From Lingula anatina (lineage: Eukaryota > Animalia > Brachiopoda): DNA of 64,000 nt. How positions within the stretch are numbered: position 1 is the first letter of the stretch; each line of letters begins with the position of its first letter. This document shows positions 21,331 to 32,300 of this stretch, in pieces. The DNA lies in NCBI GenBank assembly GCA_051362555.1, contig JBPQGU010000013.1, positions 310,001 to 374,000 on the forward strand, given 5' to 3'. Under the pieces are notes generated by a model, which did no database searches, was not told where the DNA came from, and saw only the letters and a program-made list of their open reading frames with translations. The translations under genes were made by a program, and so were the position numbers.

Positions 21331-21614
21331 CCCGCACGAAAATGAAGTAGATACTCCAGCGCAGTAGACTACTGCAATCATACTGCAAACATGCTTCAAA
21401 TCTGCTTCGATGTGGAAGCTAATTAGCATATTTGAAACATGCTTCTATCATGCTGCTAATCTACTGCATTAATGCTCCTCCTCTGTACAACCCTATGTAA
21501 TTTTTGAAGTAGAATTGCAGTAGGCTATATTGCATTTCTACTGCAAATATGCTCCACACCACTACTGCGTTAATGCTTCCTTGCTACTTCGATACTACTG
21601 CGTTTTCTTGCGGG
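21331..21614. mobile_element. 284-bp MITE, CMC/EnSpm-like
   Basis: TIRs cccgcacgaaaatgaagtag and ctactgcgttttcttgcggg; 2-bp flanking duplication GA; internal ctactgc/gcagtag subrepeats. Confidence 0.8.
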
Positions 21615-22881
21615 GAGCAGCAGTGCATATAATTCCTAAGGTTCAAAGACCTGATTGTATTGGTATGTGTAATTCATTTATCAGTTGTTTGTGATTGTAC
21701 ATAAATTTGTGGAGTTTTGTATTGTTAGAATGTATTATACATGTAAATCCTTATTGGTAATTACCAAACAGCAGTGAGAATATGATAATCCTATAGTGTA
21801 AACACTGCATATTGAACATGACAAACATTGATTTCATTTATATCATAAGTAAAGCCATAACATGGTCAATATTCAGGAACTTCTGGGTACAGTGAATAGT
21901 TTTCTGATGGAGAAGAAGGTGAATATACATGTAATTGTAGATCTCACTGCCGCACAGAGGCGCAAATGATTTATGATAATTTTGTTGATTTTATATAAAA
22001 TATTCAAACACTTATGATAAAGATGTATGTTTTGTTGACAATTTTGTGTCCATCTTACAGAATATGTCTATTAAAATGCTCTTTCAGGGGTTTTTGTTTT
22101 AAAAGCTTAGGGAATGGATTAACAAGTGTCTCAAATTTGTCAACAAATTTGGTCTTATACATAACCCTTAGACTGTGATGAAATGAGCATGGCTACCCAA
22201 GTTATTTATTTTTATTTTATTTATTTTTTGCTTTGTATATTGATTTATCAATTTTCCATTGAAACGCTTTTCATACTGGATTCTTGTGTGTGTATGTAGA
22301 CATGTACACTATTGGTCAAAAATTGTGTCCTAACTCGAGTTCCATGACATGGCATGTGTTTTTGTTTACATATGATCATCTCACAGCTGTAAACCATTTA
22401 AAATATTTTTTAAATTCCATTTACCATACCTAATTTGACGTGCGGTACAGAAAGTACAAAATGTCGATCTATATTATATACCATTTATTCAAGTTTAGAG
22501 CATACGCTCCTCAAATCTGACGTTCCACTGTCATTTCCATTGAGCAAAAAAAGACCAGCAAAATTAAAAATATGCCACCAGATACACACACGATTAGCTT
22601 GAGCATACAATCCTCTGGCTCAGTTCATTTATGAGAACAGTAAATACATCATTACCAAAATCACGAAGCATGCAATTGGTATAAAGATTGCTGTTGCGCT
22701 TTCTTCCAGTCCAAAAGGAGTTTCTTACTTTTCCCTCAGTCGGCGTCAGAATGAGGCAAAAATGACGCGAAAGATCCTGTGTTTGTGTGAGCGCACGATT
22801 GCGTGGAAAATCTACGGGGGAGACGAGAGAGAGAGAGGTAACAAGAGACCAGCTCAATGCTGAGAGTCCATGTAGTACTAC

Positions 22882-23100
22882 AGCCCCCTTTACACTGGAC
22901 GGCGTCCTTTCTGCTTCCGTTAGAACGGCCCCGTTTGAGAGCAAATAAAACCATTACTTCTGTGCCGACAACTGATCGATCACTGAGGATTCAATCTGCA
23001 GCCAAAGCGATGCTTATGCCTCTTCTCTACGACCATATCGATGCCAGTTACATAGTCCACAAAGGACGCAGAAAGGACGCCGTCTAGTGTGAAAGGGGCT
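22882..23100. mobile_element. ~220-bp MITE, PIF/Harbinger-like
   Basis: ~35-bp TIRs agccccctttacactggacggcgtcctttctgc and gcagaaaggacgccgtctagtgtgaaaggggct; right flank TTA, left flank TAC (imperfect target duplication). Confidence 0.8.
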
Positions 23101-25138
23101 TTAAAAACGGAATACATTTCAAAATTTTTTAGAGGGCGAGGGGGCATGTCTCCAGTTTAACTTCCAGGCACCAGGACACCGCAGTATATATATATATATC
23201 TACCTCACCATGACATGTTGCGGGCCATGTTGACTGTTGACTTCCCGAAAAACGCGGGATATCCAACATGACAGACAGCAATCAACATCGACAATTTTGA
23301 TCGTAGTAGTTGTACAATTTTATTATTACTGTATCAAAGGGATTGAACTCTCAAGATGAAAGTAAGCCGAGTTAACTGATAACCCTTTTGGTTCTTTCAC
23401 ACAGAGTATGCTTAAAATAGATCAAAATACGTGAATCAAGTGACATGCCTTGGCTATCTTCATCCCAAATGTGCCCATAAAATGTTAAATGTAGCACAGC
23501 TGATCTTACTTAAGCCCCGATTATATAGTGAACCTTTCGATGCATGTAAATTACTTGGAGTTACTGTTGCACACATATTGATCCCATTTACATAAATAGA
23601 ATAAAATGTGAATAGTGTACAGTATAAAGTAAAATTTCGTTTTTAACTGAAGATGTGAGGTTGTTTGTTATGCTTTTCTGTGCACGTGAAGTGAAAGACT
23701 TCACTCGGGATTTGGAATCACGTCGGAGCCCTTCGTTGACGAAATGGCGTCTCAGTATACGCATCTTATAAGTTATAATATAACTAAATTTAGTGATAGC
23801 CACGCTATGATCAAGGCACAAACAGTAGGAATTTTACTTTTTAAATTTTAAATTAAAATTTTACCGCCCAGTTTCACTCACACACATACATAGAACTACT
23901 TGGCATTAGTATATACTCAGAGAACTTGGGTGGGCATCGACCCTAAGAACCCAAGTCACTCACGCGCCATTGGTCAATTAAGTTATAATTATAAAGTTCA
24001 TTGATATATCCCACTGTTTTCAGACTAACTTACTTCCAGCTTGTTCCTACTTGTACAATATACATATTTTATTTCAGTTATATTTTTGTAGTTTTCTGTG
24101 AGGTGAAAATACCCAAGCTATCAGAAGCGATAGAAGTGACCACTATAAGATCACATACCTAAGTAAGCATCAATATATATATATATACCCCATTCAACTT
24201 TTGGATGTCTTAATTCAATGGGCTTCTCTATGTAAAACATCCTCCGTAAGTATGGCGCGGTCGCAAAGGGGCAAAATGACTCGATATAATTTTGTGGGAA
24301 AAATGACTCGTTTCAGGAAATAAACAGTTCAACTTATGCTTTACTACTAAACAATGTGTTATTATTATGTTTAAGTGCCGTAGCACAAGATAATCTTTAA
24401 ATAATCACAAGTTACCCTACACCGGTCTGATACGAACTGTCCAAGATACATATTCATTTCTAAAAAGATGGTATCCTACCTTTAGCTTTCTATAATGCTG
24501 TCAGTTCAGCTAAGGGTGGGAGGGGGGGGGGGGATAAAGTCAGCAGCTGTTAACACTAAAAATGTATTCACACTATCGTGTATATCCCGAAAGTAATAAT
24601 TATAATAATAAAAACTATATTTAAAGAACGTGAAACATGTTGCACATGGCCCTCAATACAAGCAGTGAACGAAGTTTTTAAACAAACAAATGACAGACGA
24701 AAACATTGCTTCCATACTATGTAACTACAGAAGGCAAAAAAATTAAATCAAGTACATAAAGCTAGCAAACAGATCAATAAATAAAGTAGATAAAAAATAA
24801 AGTTGTATGGAAAGCTGTATAGACTTTACCATCTAACCCAATGCAGTACTCAACATGACAGTAGTAATATAAATTTTTCCACAAAAATTTTCCACAAATC
24901 TCAACGCGTCTTACAGTAAGTAAATTAAATTAATATGAACACTACCAAAAATTATATTGAAAATACAAAGAAAGAAATAATCTCATACAGCAACAACACT
25001 GGGTTAAAAAATATCAGACAGTAAAAAATATAAAAGATATGCGTCTTTAAAAAATTGTTTAAAAAAATACGTCTTGTTGTACTTTCATCATCATATCAGA
25101 GATACCCATACTAATATTAAAACTTTGAAAAGCCATGC

Positions 25139-26362
25139 CTACGTTGGTGTAATCAGTGAATACTTTTTATCGACCTGAAGCATTTTATAAATTCGATCAC
25201 ATGCCACGGTGGTATTTTTCTCGCCAAATATGGGGAATCCATGCGATTTGTAATACGACAACAATCGGTTCACATCCTGGTAGTGTCTTTCTTGAGCCTT
25301 CATACAGCCCGGGTGCCAGGTCCAGTCGGTGAACTCAAAATTAAACAGGTCTCTTTGAATGACGCTCCTACTGAAAAATCTACAGTGATTCGGGCACATT
25401 TCGAAGCCACCGGAATAGCAAATCCCCATCAGAAGAGCTTGAGGGTAGTAAGTTTCCCTGTCGTACGGTGTTTTCAACAGTTCCTGTTTGGGTACTGTCT
25501 GATATTTCCAATGCATTGAAGTTCTAGCGATGGGGGATAGTTCCTCCGTCGTAAAATTTTCTTTGTAAGTTTTGAGAGGTGCTCTCCCGGGGAGTTCGGT
25601 TTTGAAGTCTCCGTTTGGGCGCATTTGGATGCGAAAGATGTATTCCTTGCGATGGAGAGTGTATATACATTGACACATTATGCTGAATTGAGAAAAGAGA
25701 TTGTCGACTGATATTTCTTTAATGATTGCATCGAAAGATTTCTTATGTAACCGCTCCAAGTAATGGCGACATTCAACAACATGTTTTACTTTTATGATGA
25801 CAGGAAAGTATGACATGCATTTCATGACTTCTCCAGTCCCGAATAAATTGTAATGCTTCATTGTTGTCATTCCCCATTCTTTCGTCAGAAACTGGCCAAC
25901 GACGCCGACCACGATAGGTTTGCCGTCTCTGAAAAGGTCTTCCGGCGTAACAACCGTAACGAACAGAGTGTCTGTATCCACGTAGCCAACGTACTCGGCC
26001 TTGGTGTAATTTTCGGGATAAAACATCGACCGCTGCATACGGCTTGGCCCTCGATGGTTGTATATTTCTGGGTAGGGGTCTTCAAAGAAAACCTTCGGAA
26101 AAGGCGGGCTGTCTCTTATCGTTGCTTCCAACGCATGGTCCTCTTTCGATTCATTGTCTAAGATAACCATCACACGAATATGACGCGGCCAGAAAAGCAT
26201 CAAGCTGGGTTTGAAGATCTTCTCGTAAAGATGATGATGTTTGTGGTACATGCGAAGGAACAGGTAGGGATGAAAATTTTTTTTCTTCATTATAGTGTCA
26301 GGTAGGTGTGTTCGGTCATTTGTAGTAAGAATAAAGTGCTGGAAGAGTGGTGGTGTCAACAT
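25139..26362 (-). CDS. Intronless putative GT-A-fold (DxD) glycosyltransferase-like ORF; native 5' end missing, first ~33 codons come from the satellite
   Basis: About 374 open codons in unique sequence (25139-26260) with YVGYVDTDTLF, FWP..VILDNES, YFPVII and FSQF motifs; abrupt junction to the satellite at 26261. Function inferred from the DxD context only. Confidence 0.6.
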   Translation of the reverse strand: MLTPPLFQHFILTTNDRTHLPDTIMKKKNFHPYLFLRMYHKHHHLYEKIFKPSLMLFWPRHIRVMVILDNESKEDHALEATIRDSPPFPKVFFEDPYPEIYNHRGPSRMQRSMFYPENYTKAEYVGYVDTDTLFVTVVTPEDLFRDGKPIVVGVVGQFLTKEWGMTTMKHYNLFGTGEVMKCMSYFPVIIKVKHVVECRHYLERLHKKSFDAIIKEISVDNLFSQFSIMCQCIYTLHRKEYIFRIQMRPNGDFKTELPGRAPLKTYKENFTTEELSPIARTSMHWKYQTVPKQELLKTPYDRETYYPQALLMGICYSGGFEMCPNHCRFFSRSVIQRDLFNFEFTDWTWHPGCMKAQERHYQDVNRLLSYYKSHGFPIFGEKNTTVACDRIYKMLQVDKKYSLITPT

Positions 26363-29300
26363 TAAGGAAGAAATAGAGCAAAAACTCTCTCTCCCCCCCC
26401 CCTCTCAGATTCTGTTCTCAGAGCTTATTTTTGGATCATCTTTAAAGCTAGAATTGGGGGCCTTGATGAAGTGACCCGTGCGCGTTTACACATTTTTTAT
26501 GAATGACAGGTGTGGTAGATTGATTTTCGTCACTTTTTGGAAAAATCGAGACGGGTCGATTTTTGGTGATTTTGAGTGATTTTGAACAGTGCCGGCACTG
26601 TGAGATTTCTTCAATTTTGGCCAGGTAGGGATGAAAATTTTTTTTCTTCATTATAGTGTCAGGTAGGTGTGTTCGGTCATTTGTAGTAAGAATAAAGTGC
26701 TGGAAGAGTGGTGGTGTCAACATTAAGGAAGAAATAGAGCAAAAACTCTCTCTCCCCCCCCCTCTCAGATTCTGTTCTCAGAGCTTATTTTTGGATCATC
26801 TTTAAAGCTAGAATTGGGGGCCTTGATGAAGTGACCCGGGCGCGTTTACACATTTTTTTATGAATGACAGGTGTGGTAGATTGATTTTCGTCACTTTTTG
26901 GAAAAATCGGAGACGGGTCGATTTTTGGTGATTTTGAGTGATTTTGAACAGTGCCGGCACTGTGAGATTTCTTCAATTTTGGCCAGGTAGGGATGAAAAT
27001 TTTTTTTCTTCATTATAGTGTCAGGTAGGTGTGTTCGGTCATTTGTAGTAAGAATAAAGTGCTGGAAGAGTGGTGGTGTCAACATTAAGGAAGAAATAGA
27101 GCAAAAACTCTCTCTCCCCCCCCCCCTCTTAGATTCTGTTCTCAGAGCTTATTTTTGGATCATCTTTAAAGCTAGAATTGGGGGGCCTTGATGAAGTGAC
27201 CCGGGCGCGTTTACACATTTTTTATGAATGACAGGTGTGGTAGATTGATTTCGTCACTTTTTGGAAAAATCGGAGACGGGTCGATTTTTGGTGATTTTGA
27301 GTGATTTTAAACAGTGCCGGCACTGTGAGATTTCTTCAATTTTGGACAGGTAGGGATGAAAATTTTTTTTCTTCATAATAGTGTCAGGTAGGTGTGTTCG
27401 GTCATTTGTAGTAAGAATAAAGTGCTCGAAGAGTGGTGGTGTCAACATTAAGGAAGAAATAGAGCAAAAACTCTCTCTCCCCCCCCCCTCTCAGATTCTG
27501 TTCTCAGAGCTTATTTTTGGATCATCTTTAAAGCTAGAATTGGGGGCCTTGATGAAGTGACCCGGGCGCGTTTACACATTTTTTATGAATGACAGGTGTA
27601 GTAGATTGATTTTCGTCACTTTTTGGAAAAATCGGAGACGGGTCGATTTTTGGTGATTTTGAGTGATTTTGAACAGTGCTGGCACTGTGAGATTTCTTCA
27701 ATTTTGGCCAGGTAGGGATGAAAATTTTTTTTCTTCATTATAGTGTCAGGTAGGTGTGTTCGGTCATTTGTAGTAAGAATAAAGTGCTGGAAGAGTGGTG
27801 GTGTCAACATTAAGGAAGAAATAGAGCAAAAACTCTCTCTCCCCCCCCCCTCTCAGATTCTGTTCTCAGAGCTTATTTTTGGATCATCTTTAAAGCTAGA
27901 ATTGGGGGCCTTGTTGAAGTGACCCGGGCGCGTTTCCACATTTTTTATGAATGACAGGTGTGAAAGATTGATTTTCGTCACTTTTTGGAAAAATCGGAGA
28001 CGGGTCGATTTTTGGTGATTTTGAGTGATTTTGAACAGTGCCGGCACTGTGAGATTTCTTCAATTTTGGCCAGGTAGGGATGAAATTTTTTTTCTTCATT
28101 ATAGTGTCAGGTAGGTGTGTTCGGTCATTTGTAGTAAGAATAAAGTGCTGGAAGAGTGGTGGTGTCAACATTAAGGAAGAAATAGAGCAAAAACTCTCTC
28201 TCCCCCCCCCCTCTCAGATTCTGTTCTCAGAGCTTATTTTTGGATCATCTTTAAAGCTAGAATTGGGGGCCTTGATGAAGTGACCCGGGCGCGTTTACAC
28301 ATTTTTTATGAATGACAGGTGTGGTAGATTGATTTTCGTCACTTTTTGGAAAAATCGGAGACGGGTCGATTTTTGGTGATTTTGAGTGATTTTGAACAGT
28401 GCCGGCACTGTGAGATTTCTTCAATTTTGGCCAGGTAGGGATGAAAATTTTTTTTCTTCATTATAGTGTCAGGTAGGTGTGTTCGGTCATTTGTAGTAAG
28501 AATAAAGTGCTGGAAGAGTGGTGGTGTCAACATTAAGGAAGAAATAGAGCAAAAACTCTCTCTCTCCCCCCCCCCCCCCTCTCAGATTCTGTTCTCAGAG
28601 CTTATTTTTGGATCATCTTTAAAGCTAGAATTGGGGGCCTTGATGAAGTGACCCGGGCGCGTTTACACATTTTTTATGAATGACAGGTGTGGTAGATTGA
28701 TTTTCGTCACTTTTTGGAAAAATCGGAGACGGGTTGATTTTTGGTGATTTTGAGTGATTTTGAACAGTGCCGGCACTGTGAGATTTCTTCAATTTTGGCC
28801 AGGTAGGGATGAAAATTTTTTTTCTTCATTATAGTGTCAGGTAGGTGTGTTCGGTCATTTGTAGTAAGAATAAAGTGCTGGAAGAGTGGTGGTGTCAACA
28901 TTAAGGAAGAAATAGAGCAAAAACTCTCTCTCCCCCCCCCCCTCTCAGATTCTGTTCTCAGAGCTTATTTTTGGATCATCTTTAAAGCTAGAATTGGGGG
29001 CCTTGATGAAGTGACCCGGGCGCGTTTCCACATTTTTTATGAATGACAGGTGTGGTAGATTGATTTTCGTCACTTTTTGGAAAAATCGGACACGGGTCGA
29101 TTTTTGGTGATTTTGAGTGATTTTGAACAGTGCCGGCACTGTGAGATTTCTTCAATTTTGGCCAGGTAGGGATGAAAATTTTTTTTCTTCATTATAGTGT
29201 CAGGTAGGTGTGTTCGGTCATTTGTAGTAAGAATAAAGTGCTGGAAGAGTGGTAGTGTCAACATTAAGGAAGAAATAGAGCAAAAACTCTCTCTCCCCCC

Positions 29301-32300
29301 CCCCCCCCCTCTCAGATTCTGTTCTCAGAGCTTATTTTTGGATCATCTTTAAAGCTAGAATTGGGGGCCTTGATGAAGTGACCCGGGCGCGTTTACACAT
29401 TTTTTATGAATGACAGGTGTGGTAGATTGATTTTCGTCACTTTTTGGAAAAATCGGAGACGGGTCGATTTTTGGTGATTTTGAGTGATTTTGAACAGTGC
29501 CGGCACTGTGAGATTTCTTCAATTTTGGCCAGGTAGGGATGAAAATTTTTTTTCTTCATTATAGTGTCAGGTAGGTGTGTTCGGTCATTTGTAGTAAGAA
29601 TAAAGTGCTGGAAGAGTGGTGGTGTCAACATTAAGGAAGAAATAGAGCAAAAACTCTCTCTCCCCCCCCCCCTCTCAGATTCTGTTCTCAGAGCTTATTT
29701 TTGGATCATCTTTAAAGCTAGAATTGGGGGCCTTGATGAAGTGACCCGGGCGCGTTTACACATTTTTTATGAATGACAGGTGTGGTAGATTGATTTTCGT
29801 CACTTTTTGGAAAAATCGGAGACGGGTCGATTTTTGGTGATTTTGAGTGATTTTGAACAGTGCCGGCACTGTGAGATTTCTTCAATTTTGGCCAGGTAGG
29901 GATGAAAATTTTTTTTCTTCATTATAGTGTCAGGTAGGTGTGTTCGGTCATTTGTAGTAAGAATAAAGTGCTGGAAGAGTGGTGATGTCAACATTAAGGA
30001 AGAAATAGAGCAAAAACTCTCTCTCCCCCCCCCCCCTCTCAGATTCTGTTCTCAGAGCTTATTTTTGGATCATCTTTAAAGCTAGAATTGGGGGCCTTGA
30101 TGAAGTGACCCGGGCGCGTTTACACATTTTTTATGAATGACAGGTGTGGTAGATTGATTTTCGTCACTTTTTGGAAAAATCGGAGACGGGTCGATTTTTG
30201 GTGATTTTGAGTGATTTTGAACAGTGCCGGCACTGTGAGATTTCTTCAATTTTGGCCAGGTAGGGATGAAAATTTTTTTTCTTCATTATAGTGTCAGGTA
30301 GGTGTGTTCGGTCATTTGTAGTAAGAATAAAGTGCTGGAAGAGTGGTGGTGTCAACATTAAGGAAGAAATAGAGCAAAAACTCTCTCTCCCCCCCCCCTC
30401 TCAGATTCTGTTCTCAGAGCTTATTTTTGGATCATCTTTAAAGCTAGAATTGGGGGCCTTGATGAAGTGACCCGGGCGCGTTTACACATTTTTTATGAAT
30501 GACAGGTGTGGTAGATTGATTTTCGTCACTTTTTGGAAAAATCGGAGACGGGTCGATTTTTGGTGATTTTGAGTGATTTTGAACAGTGCCGGCACTGTGA
30601 GATTTCTTCAATTTTGGCCAGGTAGGGATGAAAATTTTTTTTCTTCATTATAGTGTCAGGTAGGTGTGTTCGGTCATTTGTAGTAAGAATAAAGTGCTGG
30701 AAGAGTGGTGGTGTCAACATTAAGGAAGAAATAGATCAAAAACTCTCTCTCCCCCCCCCCCCTCTCAGATTCTGTTCTCAGAGCTTATTTTTGGATCATC
30801 TTTAAAGCTAGAATTGGGGGCCTTGATGAAGTGACCCGGGCGCGTTTACACATTTTTTATGAATGACAGGTGTGGTAGATTGATTTTCGTCACTTTTTGG
30901 AAAAATCGGAGACGGGTCGATTTTTGGTGATTTTGAGTGATTTTGAACAGTGCCGGCACTGTGAGATTTCTTCAATTTTGGCCAGGTAGGGATGAAAATT
31001 TTTTTTCTTCATTATAGTGTCAGGTAGGTGTGTTCGGTCATTTGTAGTAAGAATAAAGTGCTGGAAGAGTGGTGGTGTCAACATTAAGGAAGAAATAGAG
31101 CAAAAACTCTCTCTCCCCCCCCCCCCTCTCAGATTCTGTTCTCAGAGCTTATTTTTGGATCATCTTTAAAGCTAGAATTGGGGGCCTTGATGAAGTGACC
31201 CGGGCGCGTTTACACATTTTTTATGAATGACAGGTGTGGTAGATTGATTTTCGTCACTTTTTGGAAAAATCGGAGACGGATCGATTTTTGGTGATTTTGA
31301 GTGATTTTGAACAGTGCCTTCACTGTGAGATTTCTTCAATTTTGGCCAGGTAGGGATGAAAATTTTTTTTCTTCATTATAGTGTCAGGTAGGTGTGTTCG
31401 GTCATTTGTAGTAAGAATAAAGTGCTGGAAGAGTGGTAGTGTCAACATTAAGGAAGAAATAGAGCAAAAACTCTCTCTCCCCCCCCCCCCCTCTCAGATT
31501 CTGTTCTCAGAGCTTATTTTTGGATCATCTTTAAAGCTAGAATTGGGGGCCTTGATGAAGTGACCCGGGCGCGTTTACACATTTTTTATGAATGACAGGT
31601 GTGGTAGATTGATTTTCGTCACTTTTTGGAAAAATCGGAGACGGGTCGATTTTTGGTGATTTTGAGTGATTTTGAACAGTGCCGGCACTGTGAGATTTCT
31701 TCAATTTTGGCCAGGTAGGGATGAAAATTTTTTTTCTTCATTATAGTGTCAGGTAGGTGTGTTCGGTCATTTGTAGTAAGAATAAAGTGCTGGAAGAGTG
31801 GTGGTGTCAACATTAAGGAAGAAATAGAGCAAAAACTCTCTCTCCCCCCCCCCCCTCTCAGATTCTGTTCTCAGAGCTTATTTTTGGATCATCTTTAAAG
31901 CTAGAATTGGGGGCCTTGATGAAGTGACCCGGGCGCGTTTACACATTTTTTATGAATGACAGGTGTGGTAGATTGATTTTCGTCACTTTTTGGAAAAATC
32001 GGAGACGGGTCGATTTTTGGTGATTTTGAGTGATTTTGAACAGTGCCGGCACTGTGAGATTTCTTCAATTTTGGCCAGGTAGGGATGAAAATTTTTTTTC
32101 TTCATTATAGTGTCAGGTAGGTGTGTTCGGTCATTTGTAGTAAGAATAAAGTGCTGGAAGAGTGGTGGTGTCAACATTAAGGAAGAAATAGAGCAAAAAC
32201 TCTCTCTCCCCCCCCCTCTCAGATTCTGTTCTCAGAGCTTATTTTTGGATCATCTTTAAAGCTAGAATTGGGGGCCTTGATGAAGTGACCCAGGCGCGTT

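Noticed and set aside
22594-23087. Overlapping 72-116 aa ORFs
   Set aside because: They overlap a MITE and show no motifs or splice support.
23910-23975. Possible tRNA or tRNA-derived SINE on the minus strand (gggtcgatgccc)
   Set aside because: Only a weak B-box-like match; no cloverleaf or A-box.
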